Source: Andalucia godoyi And28
Taxonomy: Eukaryota; Protista; Jakobida
NCBI GenBank assembly: GCA_009859145.1
Contig: VRVR01000010.1
Coordinates: 35,211 to 99,210 of the forward strand
Length of the DNA: 64,000 nucleotides
Direction of reading: 5' to 3'
In this document: in pieces, positions 21,282-30,915 of the stretch
Layout: the number at the start of each line of letters is the position of its first letter
How positions within the stretch are numbered: the stretch's first letter is position 1
The notes under the pieces: model-generated
The model's input: the letters and a program-made list of their open reading frames with translations, nothing else
Databases searched by the model: none
What the model was told of the DNA's origin: nothing
Translations under genes and position numbers: made by a program

Positions 21282-21805
21282 GCCTTGACGTCCCTCATGT
21301 TGCACGCATAAGCAAACCATTTCTCGGTCTTCTCGATGTCCCGACTTGCTGTCCACCCTTTCCTCTACTTTTTACTGCACTCACCCGGAAATATCAGGCA
21401 AATGTTCTTCCAGTCCATTCACAGCAGTCCATGGTTACTCCGATGCCCATCCTGTCCGGCGGCCAGCATGTCTGGATGGAGAAATTGGAAAATGGTGCGC
21501 GCGCCCTGTCTATTGGAAGAACGCTTTTGCGTACCGAGGCCCTGCCCCACTTCTGAATTGAATTCTCATCCAGTTTCTCGTGCAAGACTGCATGCATGAA
21601 TTAGTCAGCAGTGATTCGCCATGATTCAAGCACAGTATAGGCGTAAATACGGAAACCGTGTATAGACTTCCGAGTCAGTCAGTCCGTTTCAAACGATGCA
21701 CCTGCGTAGGCGAAGACACGATTTTATGTGTTTTCAGTATTTTTGGGCTTCTTCCAATCTACAGGGCTTGGGAAAAGTACCAGCAAAAAAAAAAAAAAAA
21801 GTAAA

Positions 21806-21876
21806 TACGCTCGCGGGGACTCGAACCCCGGTCGTGATCGTGGCAGGATCACATCATACCCCTAGACCACGAGCGT
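21806..21876 (-). tRNA. tRNA-Gly (GCC), copy 1
   Basis: Full cloverleaf: acceptor ACGCTCG/CGAGCGT, anticodon arm TGATC-CTGCCAC-GATCA, T arm CGGGG-TTCGAGT-CCCCG, discriminator A; followed by a long T run (Pol III terminator). Confidence 0.95.
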
Positions 21877-22092
21877 AGTGGACCAAAGCACATTCACATG
21901 CTCATATCCTGATCCCTTCTATTACACGACACGGACGTTGACATTCACCGACCTTCAAGCAACCCCGATGAAAAAGCCCGGCTTTTTTTTTCAAACTGTT
22001 TTACGGAGGGGAGGAGGGGGCGGGGAGGGAATGACGACGGAGACTACGGCAGCTCAACAGCGACGAATCTCCAAATCGCACGGGCGAATGCA

Positions 22093-22833
22093 TCATCGAA
22101 CGAGCTCGCGGATGATTTCAAGAAGTGGTTCTTCCTTGGCGCTCTTCTTTACCCTCATTCTCCCCTTTGAATCAACCGCCCAAGTTGCAGTGTCAATCGC
22201 AGTGAGACGCAGCCGATCGATCCGAAGACCACCGATACCGACGGAGCCGTCCATCACGCCCCTCACGTTTCCTCTGATTCTGATCCTCGAGATGTGATCC
22301 GACGACTCACATTTCGGAATCACAAACGTCAGACATTCAACGGTTTCCTCGTTCACCATCGCCGCTGTATCATCCTTGTCCTCATCCTCGCTCTCACTTC
22401 CGCCAGTGCCAGTCCCGCCACCATGACCACCACTACGACGATGGTGACGGTGATCGAGATGGGAGAGACTGACGAACTTTCGAAGAATTGTGTTGAGCTT
22501 CAGAGCATCAAATAGCGGATATCGAGTTGCGATTCCAAGGCACTTTTCAAGAGTCTCCAATGCGCGCTTAGCTACAGAATGCGAGCCGCGAACAATGAGT
22601 ATTCCCCGGGTGCTGGTGTTCTTGAGAATCGAGATCTCAGCTTGCAGATTCGGCAGATCGGAGTTCAGAGATGGATGTGGAAACGAAAAGGAAAAATGCA
22701 AAACCTGAGGATAAATCTCGAGCTTTGTGTTTGGAATCGACTGGAAAAGAGTCTTTAGAAATGTATCGGAATGTGTAATTGGAGAAGATATCAGAACTCG
22801 AAAAGAACCAGGCTTTGCAAATACCACAGACAT
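22093..22833 (-). CDS. Divergent CENP-L-like inner kinetochore protein (tentative)
   Basis: C-terminal LRIDRLRLTAIDTATWAVDSKGRMRV aligns by eye to the CENP-L C-terminal IHLSATRLVRVSTSVASAHTDGKIKI pattern; ILIVRGSHSVAKRALETLEKCLG...FDALKL aligns to the LFLANG...WFQKTFDC...INAFNL block. Confidence 0.55.
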   Translation of the reverse strand: MSVVFAKPGSFRVLISSPITHSDTFLKTLFQSIPNTKLEIYPQVLHFSFSFPHPSLNSDLPNLQAEISILKNTSTRGILIVRGSHSVAKRALETLEKCLGIATRYPLFDALKLNTILRKFVSLSHLDHRHHRRSGGHGGGTGTGGSESEDEDKDDTAAMVNEETVECLTFVIPKCESSDHISRIRIRGNVRGVMDGSVGIGGLRIDRLRLTAIDTATWAVDSKGRMRVKKSAKEEPLLEIIRELVR

Positions 22834-23107
22834 TTCTTCTTCGTTTTCTTTTTCGGTTTTCTTTGGTTTTGGTTTTGGTTTTTGTTACTGCTGTTCTTTT
22901 GATGTTAAGATGCTTTCATAATGTTGGTGGGAATTAGAATGCTGACGTTTTGAAAGCTTGTTCGAGGAAAAAGGCAGGTTTGTTGCGACTTTCGAGCAAT
23001 GGGGAAACAAGTGTTTTGCCTTTGGGCGGGAAAAACACGGGAAAAGTTTCCGAGGCAGTAAATTATGAATGAAAAGAAAAATACAAGTGGCTCTCATCAC
23101 CTGTTCT

Positions 23108-23178
23108 ACGCTCGTGGTCTAGGGGTATGATGTGATCCTGCCACGATCACGACCGGGGTTCGAGTCCCCGCGAGCGTA
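23108..23178 (+). tRNA. tRNA-Gly (GCC), copy 2
   Basis: 71 nt identical to copy 1; T run follows at ~23184. Confidence 0.95.
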
Positions 23179-23384
23179 CTTGCTTTTTTTTCCCCGCCAC
23201 CACTGCCACTTGCTGCGATATGATGACGCAATCCGAAGCGCACGTAAACAGAACTACCACGCGCGGTGCGTTGGTATAAACACGCCGCCGCGTTGCATTA
23301 TGCATGTTGTTGGGTTGCAACATTGATTATGGGTGATCAGCGATGATTACCCGTGGATTAGTGCACAATGTAGGGGCTTCTCCG

Positions 23385-23424
<40 letters not shown>

Positions 23425-23551
23425 CCGTACGAGCGTTCGGCTCCGATGGAAAAGAAAAGGCGTCCCTTGTGCTGTTTGTATGTATCGTGTTCCACACTCT
23501 TGCATCAAAGAAAATGTTGCATTTATAAATAAAAAGACAACGAGAACAGCG

Positions 23552-26500
23552 CTAAACGGCACCGATCCCTTCGACGGCGAGAACCTGCTTGAGACGAGCG
23601 GCAGCATGCTCAAACTCGCTCTCGACAAGTACGCGACTGACTTCAGCCCACCGCTGACGGCCTTCTGAAAACACCGCAGAACACGAAAGGGCCACAGACG
23701 CTCCCAGAAACGGATCCCTGGTACAGAATCGCGAGAGTGTTTTTGAAACCCGTTGTTGCAACAAGGCAATGCTCTGCGCCAATCCTGGGACATCGGCACT
23801 GGACTGCAATTGAAGACCGGCGGCATGGAGGACAGCCCACGCATCCATAACCATATCCGCACCCACAAACGCTTGGGCGGCATTCGACCATTCGCCAGAG
23901 AACAGGAACATGTCGACTGCTTCATACACCACGGTTCTGGCAGTGTGCCGATCGCGGCCGTCGGTCGACTGAGCGAGGTTCATGGCGTAACTCACAAGGT
24001 TGGTGGTTGCCACCCGAAGAACATCATTTGCCGACAGCGTCGAAGAATCGTCGGGGGCAACCGGGCTTGAGAGAGCAAGTGTGAATGCCTTCCATTGATT
24101 GTTCACGTACAACGGATGAGTGACGGGCGTGTCGAGGTACACTTGCACGGCGCGATTCGTTTCTCCGCGAAGCAACCACTCCCGAGCAACTTCCGATACC
24201 CAGCGCTCTGCATCCGACAATCCAATTAACCCCATGCTCGCCCGTGCAGTCGGCTGACGAGACTGCGCCGTTTCTTTGGGAAACACTGATTTGCCGTCCC
24301 ATTCGATTGGCAAAGAAACTGGACGAGCTTTTCCAGGTGGTACAACCAGATTGTCACGGTTCTGCGAATACTCGCGATCCCACGATGTGGCTGTCCACTG
24401 GTGCATCATCTTGGCGTCCTCGCCCGTCAGTGCAGATCCAAGTGCAAACAGTTCGGAAGTAAGGCCACGAACACGATAAGCATCGCTGACAACGACGTTC
24501 TTGTCCTGCGAAAGATGGTAATCCACAGCACGCCAAAAATGCTCCTCGGACACATCCCGAGAGATGACAGCCGAAGCAATCGCTTCTCGGAGAACTTCAT
24601 TGTTTGCGCACCGTGTCCGAATGCAGTTCCAAAAGTCGGGCCATTTTGACGGACCAACGGAATCCAAAAGCGCACCAGCTCCCAGACTGGAGTTGCTGGA
24701 AAATCGTCGCGAAAACGCAGCAAAGGGGCTGTTGCCAATCGAGAGATTCGGATCAGAAACCACAATGGTGCCTCCTTCTGTTGCCCATATCACGGAAATA
24801 CCTGTATAACCGGATTGGTTGGGGTGTTGCACAGTACGTGACGCAACCACAACATCCACGGGGCGGAATGGAAGGGACGTATTCTTACCTACAAGAGACG
24901 CACACCGGAAGCCGTTTCCAGACGTGTCCGTGATTAACATTGTTCTGTCCGTGTGCAAGGTAACAACAACCACCGACATTGCCAGCGTCGGAGATTGGGG
25001 CGAAACGGCTGCTCCCACTGCAGTGGAAAATGATGATTGAACTCCGGCTTCAGCTGATGAAGCACCATCTGCAGACGCACCATCTGCACTTTCAGAACCA
25101 GTCGCGGACTGCGGAGAAGGAACAATTTGGAATTGCTCCGCGGAGATGGTTGAGTCAGCGCTGGAAACATCGGAAACAGGAACCGAAAGCGCCTGCGCAG
25201 CTGCTGCAAGTGAAGGAAATGCCAAAATCTTGAAAATGCCGGTACGATGGCCTGTAGAGACGACCTTGGACCGCGATGAGCGACGGTCCATAACAAGGAC
25301 ATTTCCCTGTGTGTCACCTCCGAGAATCCTCGAATCCGTCACCCATTCCAGTGTAGTCAAGGGGGCGCTCAAATTGGCCAGCGAAATGGAATTCTCTCTG
25401 GAGGTCCCGTCAATTGAAGAGACTCGAATGATCCCGGACTCTCCAGAAAGTGCGTAGCAAAAGCAATCGGGTTTTGCGGGAGACACTGTTGCTGCAGCAC
25501 ATGGAACAGTGCCAAGCACGCGAACCAAGATCGGAGTAAATAACTTCTTCTGAGAACCAAGAGGCTTGGCAATCTCATCCGAAACACTCAGATCAGACAT
25601 CGGTATCGATAAGTTCGAGGAACTCGTAGAAAGGACTGCAGAAGAAATGTCATCAATCTTCCAGCACTCTGCAGGGTGTTTCTCAAACAAAATGAGCGCA
25701 ACATTGGATCCATGACCGCAACGCACTTGTCGCACCTGCTTTTTGGTTTGAGCTGGAGTATGAGGATTGATCAATGGCGTGGTCCGCCCGGAACGCATGT
25801 CCACCAACACCACCTGCGACAGAGAGGAACAAAGGACGAATCGCGATCCACAGACAGAGACTGACGACACTGTCTGTCCAGGCAACACTTCAAGCAGTCT
25901 GAGCAATCGCATCGAGATTGCATCATAGAACGCAAGTGTTCCCGTAGAAGAGCCTGCAATCAAAGTACTTGGGTGCCCAAAAGTCAGACAGGTTGCCCAT
26001 GAAGACGCCCAGTCCAGAAGAGAAGTGCACATGATGGATGCGTCCAATCTTCCGTGCGCGCGCACTTCGTTCCGCACAGCTATCGGAGGGAATCCTGGGG
26101 GAAGAAGATCGTTCTTCCCGTCCACTTCTTCTGTCTCGCACAATTCCTCGGCAGAATCGGAAGGAGTGAGATCCAACGAGGTTGGCAGCGAGGGAGATAC
26201 AAAGTCCGGTACAGTCCCGGAAGAGCCACTCGCACTTGGCGGCACATACGAATATGTCCACGCTCGGCCGTCCGATGATGCAGCATGAATCGACGTCACA
26301 CCTCCCATGAACGACACGCGACATACAGACAGCAGCGGCAACGGTCTTCTAGGCCTCCGCAGTGCATGCACAAGATCCGCAACCGCCACTGGAACAAAAC
26401 CTTGGAGGACATCAAGGAGGTTTTGCTCTTCTGGCCTGCGGTGTTTGTTCTTCTCGGAAGCCGGTGCATTCAACTTCTGCAAATTGGGAACATTTTCGTA

Positions 26501-27763
26501 GATCGTGATCGACGAATCCTGATGCATGGTAACGAATGTCAAGGGATCTGCGTCTGACATCAGAACGCCACACAGAGGGGATCTTCCCCGAGGGATCGCA
26601 AGGGACCCGACAATCACACCTCGGGACACATCCAAGAACACGATTTCTGTTCGCAGCACCACGAGCAGCAGATTCGATGAGAAGCTGCGGGAACCAAACC
26701 AGGGCTGTGGGAAGAAAGCAGTATCAACAAACGCCGAGGCCGCGGGCTCCTCTCCCTTTGCAGGAGACGGAACCGGCACGGCAGTTCCCAATCGGAGCCG
26801 ACTTTCCAGCACTACGGGCGCAGTTCGGGGGCTGAGATCTCGGATCAAAACCACCAATCCCTGCTGTGAAACCAGTGCCAGGACCAAATCCGACTGAACC
26901 GGATGAAGCGCCATGGCGACCATTCGCTCCGGAAGAGCAACTTTCCATAACCTGTCATCTGATGATCTTTGGATTGACAACAAATGCAGATGTGTCGGCG
27001 TCAACGCAAGCACATACGTCGGGCCATAAGGAATTAACTGAATAATCATTCCATTTCCCACCGATGCAGAACTTGAAGAGGAGGCCAACACTGACGATGA
27101 TGAAGACGACGGCAAGGATGATGCCGATGACGACGATGCCGATGACGACGAGGAGGAGGACGAAGACGAAGACGACGATGAGGACGAAGACGACGAGGAT
27201 GAAGAGGAAGAGGATGAATTGCACACGCTCCTTTGCAGAATTGTTCCGGTCGACACATCCCACGCAATCACTGTACCAGACGTGTCTCCGGAAACAAGAA
27301 CATCAGGGACAAACGGCACCCAGGAAACACAAGTCACTGGAAACTCGTGGCCGACCAAAACATGGACCGACGGATCGTCCTCTTCAAATGCCGCCGAATT
27401 CGAGTGTTGAGAACGAGAGCCGCTGCTTGCGCAGTTCTTGGAGGACGGTCCGTTGTTGAACGTATCACGAATCAGAACAAGATGTTGCAGCCCCCATGCA
27501 TGGAACCGCGATCCAAGAACGGACGAGTTATGAATCGGATGGAGCGAAGAGTAGATTGAGGGCGTTGGAGAAGGAACAGGAGACGGAATAGTGCTCAGTG
27601 GAAAAGCAGGTCCATAGAACTGGAAAAGTGAAGATGCATTCGGGCTCCCGACAGACGACAGCGAATTCGAGCTGCTTGCAATCGAAGCGTCCGATGCTAC
27701 GTGTGTCATCGTTGATCCATGAGACGCCGACGAAGACAGTGCATTCCCAAAGAAGCGTCGCAT
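23552..27763 (-). CDS. WDR11: WD repeat protein 11-like
   Basis: N-terminal AWGLQHLVLIRD..GHEFPVTCVSW..LVSGDTSGTVIAWDV and C-terminal WLLRGETNRAVQVYLDTP..YVNNQWKA match WDR11 architecture; 1403 aa. Confidence 0.8.
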   Translation of the reverse strand: MRRFFGNALSSSASHGSTMTHVASDASIASSSNSLSSVGSPNASSLFQFYGPAFPLSTIPSPVPSPTPSIYSSLHPIHNSSVLGSRFHAWGLQHLVLIRDTFNNGPSSKNCASSGSRSQHSNSAAFEEDDPSVHVLVGHEFPVTCVSWVPFVPDVLVSGDTSGTVIAWDVSTGTILQRSVCNSSSSSSSSSSSSSSSSSSSSSSSSSSASSSSASSLPSSSSSSVLASSSSSASVGNGMIIQLIPYGPTYVLALTPTHLHLLSIQRSSDDRLWKVALPERMVAMALHPVQSDLVLALVSQQGLVVLIRDLSPRTAPVVLESRLRLGTAVPVPSPAKGEEPAASAFVDTAFFPQPWFGSRSFSSNLLLVVLRTEIVFLDVSRGVIVGSLAIPRGRSPLCGVLMSDADPLTFVTMHQDSSITIYENVPNLQKLNAPASEKNKHRRPEEQNLLDVLQGFVPVAVADLVHALRRPRRPLPLLSVCRVSFMGGVTSIHAASSDGRAWTYSYVPPSASGSSGTVPDFVSPSLPTSLDLTPSDSAEELCETEEVDGKNDLLPPGFPPIAVRNEVRAHGRLDASIMCTSLLDWASSWATCLTFGHPSTLIAGSSTGTLAFYDAISMRLLRLLEVLPGQTVSSVSVCGSRFVLCSSLSQVVLVDMRSGRTTPLINPHTPAQTKKQVRQVRCGHGSNVALILFEKHPAECWKIDDISSAVLSTSSSNLSIPMSDLSVSDEIAKPLGSQKKLFTPILVRVLGTVPCAAATVSPAKPDCFCYALSGESGIIRVSSIDGTSRENSISLANLSAPLTTLEWVTDSRILGGDTQGNVLVMDRRSSRSKVVSTGHRTGIFKILAFPSLAAAAQALSVPVSDVSSADSTISAEQFQIVPSPQSATGSESADGASADGASSAEAGVQSSFSTAVGAAVSPQSPTLAMSVVVVTLHTDRTMLITDTSGNGFRCASLVGKNTSLPFRPVDVVVASRTVQHPNQSGYTGISVIWATEGGTIVVSDPNLSIGNSPFAAFSRRFSSNSSLGAGALLDSVGPSKWPDFWNCIRTRCANNEVLREAIASAVISRDVSEEHFWRAVDYHLSQDKNVVVSDAYRVRGLTSELFALGSALTGEDAKMMHQWTATSWDREYSQNRDNLVVPPGKARPVSLPIEWDGKSVFPKETAQSRQPTARASMGLIGLSDAERWVSEVAREWLLRGETNRAVQVYLDTPVTHPLYVNNQWKAFTLALSSPVAPDDSSTLSANDVLRVATTNLVSYAMNLAQSTDGRDRHTARTVVYEAVDMFLFSGEWSNAAQAFVGADMVMDAWAVLHAAGLQLQSSADVPGLAQSIALLQQRVSKTLSRFCTRDPFLGASVALSCSAVFSEGRQRWAEVSRVLVESEFEHAAARLKQVLAVEGIGAV

Positions 27764-27866
27764 CCCTTAGCCGTGAATGTTTCCAATAACAGACTGAAAC
27801 GATATATCTATCTATACGATGCAAGATGCAAGTGAATGAACGAACGAAGAAGTCGGGAAAACGAAA

Positions 27867-27942
27867 GACAGAAAGACAGAGAGAGACAGAGAGACAGAGA
27901 GACAGAGAGACAGAGAGACAGAGAGACAGAGAGACAGAGAGA
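27867..27942. repeat. GACAGAGA octamer tandem
   Basis: Direct read; ~8 units. Confidence 0.9.
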
Positions 27943-28204
27943 GCAAGTTCCAAATCCCGTGAATTCAAGTCTCGGATTTCGTCTTGCATAACAGAAGTGC
28001 AAAGCAAAAAAATACTAGCAGAACGCCGCTGTACGACGGATCAAAACGGCGAGCAGCAGGTTTGCAGCACTGCAACGGTACACCTCTGTGGATCATTGCG
28101 TCTGGACTCGAGACATGCAGATCCGTTATGTGTTTTCTTTATCTACTTTGTCGTACATGCACTGCGTGGGCTGATTGGCACGTTGTTGGTTCACTTTCGA
28201 CGCA

Positions 28205-29590
28205 TCAAACGTGATCATCAAAGTGGCTATCGTCGCTATGGACGTACGAGTACACGGATTGCATGTCCACCATCTCGTGCGAAACCTGCTTTTGTGTTTC
28301 CTTTGCCTTCGCTTTCATGATGATCTTGTGAACAGCATGCGCAGGATGTCGATATGCAAAGAATTGCCAGAGTGCCCCAGCATCAAAAAACAGTGCTCCT
28401 AGAGATCCGCAGAGCCACGGAAGCCGCTGCATCACGTACAGCGTCTCCTGACTGAACAAAAGAATGGACACGCCATACGTGGAGTTTCCAAGAACAGCAA
28501 ATGTGAATAGCAAAACAGAAACGCCGTCTGTGGATTTTCGACGGTAATTCAGCACAAGCTGCGGAATCCGCGATCCAAGATAGCATATCGCTGCGATTGT
28601 ACCAAGGCTGAATCCAATGATTGTCTGCTGATCCCAGCCCGATACGTTCTCGCAGTATGCTGTACTGCTGCTATTCGCATCCGATTCTGTCAACAACAGC
28701 CTTCGAGCCACCACCCGGCTGATGTCGCTCTCTAAAGAATTACTCTGTGCATTTACCTGGAAAACGGAGTGTCGCAACAAGAAGAAGACACCACCGACTA
28801 GCATCACAAACACCCGACCACCACCTGCGGAGGAAAGCGGTGTTTTGGGACCTTTGCGTTCGGTGGCGGACGAGCCATCCGAGAGATGCTTGAATCGAAT
28901 CATATTGATTAACCGTGCTGCATGGTGTGTTTCCTCCACGACGTCAGGATGGTCGTCGGAAAGCTCTCGATGGCCAGTAGACGCCTTCAAGGATAGATGG
29001 CTGGCATCTGTTGGAAGACTGTTTGTACTGACGGACGAGCTGGAAGCAGAATGGCCGGCTTTTGCGGAGCCAGAATGTCGGGATCTGAATCGATCTCGGA
29101 GGAAAGCCAGCGAGGAGGAAATGGTGACGCTTGGTGGAACTGATTTCAAGTGCGAATTGAAATACTCGTAGAACAGCCATTGCGACACCAGAACGAAGTC
29201 CATACTCAGAAAGTACACGGCAGTCCACTTCTGGGTTGCGAGCTGGTTGGTCAGAAACGTGCCGATTAAATTACAAGAATCGCCAATGAACCATGCTGCA
29301 ATGAACTTGGGGCTTAGTCCAGAGGCGTCTCGTGTCCGAAACACTTCGGCGACTTGCGGAATCTGAGCCACAAGCCAGCATCCAATCGACGCAAGGCCCA
29401 TAAACACGGACGTTCGCTGGGCAGGCGTGTACGCACAAGTTCCGAGATATGCATACGCCCATTCCATGTACGCATACCCATCCTGCGTTGACTGGCACTC
29501 GCACGTCGAAACCGCAATCGAAAATCCCGGAACAAACGTATACAAAACAATCAGCAACGCAACAAGAAGTGGCAAAATCATCCTTTCCAA
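28205..29590 (-). CDS. PQ-loop lysosomal/vacuolar amino acid transporter (PQLC2/YPQ-like)
   Basis: Two PQ loops (WLVAQIPQV; YLGSRIPQLVLNYRRKSTDG), seven TM segments plus signal, long cytosolic loop. Confidence 0.92.
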   Translation of the reverse strand: MERMILPLLVALLIVLYTFVPGFSIAVSTCECQSTQDGYAYMEWAYAYLGTCAYTPAQRTSVFMGLASIGCWLVAQIPQVAEVFRTRDASGLSPKFIAAWFIGDSCNLIGTFLTNQLATQKWTAVYFLSMDFVLVSQWLFYEYFNSHLKSVPPSVTISSSLAFLRDRFRSRHSGSAKAGHSASSSSVSTNSLPTDASHLSLKASTGHRELSDDHPDVVEETHHAARLINMIRFKHLSDGSSATERKGPKTPLSSAGGGRVFVMLVGGVFFLLRHSVFQVNAQSNSLESDISRVVARRLLLTESDANSSSTAYCENVSGWDQQTIIGFSLGTIAAICYLGSRIPQLVLNYRRKSTDGVSVLLFTFAVLGNSTYGVSILLFSQETLYVMQRLPWLCGSLGALFFDAGALWQFFAYRHPAHAVHKIIMKAKAKETQKQVSHEMVDMQSVYSYVHSDDSHFDDHV

Positions 29591-30017
29591 ACGTCCATGT
29601 ATACAGTCAAAGCCCGGTCTAGTCCCCCCTCACTCTCTTTCTCTCCTTTGTTTTTCTTTCTGCCATTTTTCATCCGCATTAGACACGCATGTGACATCAT
29701 GACACGCCGTTAGATGAACAATCCGACAAAGTTCGCATAAGTCTATTTTTGGAAAACGGAGTGTCTCGAATCCTCGACCGTACCGCAAGTCGACAGCTGC
29801 CGCCCAGCATCAACGCATCATCTCACCTGAACAGCGTCCTTGAGAAAAAGCAAGAAACACCAGTATTTTTTTTCTCCATTTGCGGTTCCCATATGTCCTC
29901 TTTTTTTTTTTTCATTTATGGGCTTTTTTTTCGCGTGTTTTCCCGACAGGAAAAGGACTGAAAAGAGGGGGATCTTTTAATTTTAAAAAAGAAAAAAGAA
30001 AGAAAAAAGAGAAAAGC

Positions 30018-30257
30018 ATGGGCGCGACTCCTCGATTTGAACATCCGAACATCTGGTCTCCTGCAGGTGGATACTGGGCCAATCCTGCTGCCTGGAAGCG
30101 CAACACTGCAATTGCATTTGTGTCAATGGCTGCGCTTTCGCTTTCGGTCTTTGTTATGTCTGTCGGTAAGGAGCGACGCGAGCAGCGGCCGCTCCATTCC
30201 CTTGTTTTCGGAGGTGCCGCAAAGAACCTCAACTACGTTGGAAAGTCCGATCAATGA
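30018..30257 (+). CDS. Complex I accessory subunit, NUUM-like
   Basis: PNIWSPAGGYWANPAAWKRNTAIA plus single TM matches the fungal NUUM-type W-SPAGGW-P-NW-NTA motif. Confidence 0.8.
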   Translation: MGATPRFEHPNIWSPAGGYWANPAAWKRNTAIAFVSMAALSLSVFVMSVGKERREQRPLHSLVFGGAAKNLNYVGKSDQ

Positions 30258-30915
30258 TCCTGGGATGTGTGTGTCGTTATCGCAACATCTGTCATCAAAG
30301 ATTGAGTGAGTGGGTGTCAGAAAACAAGTAAATGCAAGTGTCTTTTTTACAGTAAATTTATGTTGTACCCGCATTCTTCTGTAGGCTCGCTTTTGTTATT
30401 GCACCAGAGAGTGCAGAGCACCGACTGGCAGATACGCACATGACGAATCCCGCAGCCCGGGCCTTCTTTCTCTGCGCCCAAAACCACAGACTCTTCGACC
30501 CTCTGAACTGAACGCAGACGAAATCACGCTGTAGCCCGGAGGCAAACAGGCTGTGCTCATTTTCGTACTGAGGCCCGCCCGCGTGTCAAGCCCCAGGCAG
30601 GTGCATCGCTGCAGCTGCTGTAAAAAAAACATCGATCCCGCCCGAGCATCCAACAAGCACCAGTCTTTCGGGAATAGTTCTTCTCGATTTAATTATTATT
30701 ACTATTATTATTATTATTATTTTGGGAACGCGGATTTTGGAGTATATACTCAGTATAGGCATCCACAGAGCAAACCTTTAAGTGGCCTTCCATACATATC
30801 GGTGCTTACCTGGCTATACAATACGAGCCCTTATGAAAGAATAGCAGCGTGCAGAATCAGGAATAGCGGAGTCAAACTGCATGTCATTTAGGAAATCATT
30901 TCTAGGGTTGGCGCA

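Noticed and set aside
27083-27212. Long poly-Ser/Thr/Glu tracts in many proteins (e.g. WDR11, Kelch protein)
   Set aside because: Slippage-derived low-complexity sequence seen throughout the window; not a distinct system.
27867-27942. Tandem octamer and other short repeats as a CRISPR-like array
   Set aside because: No unique spacers; simple microsatellites.
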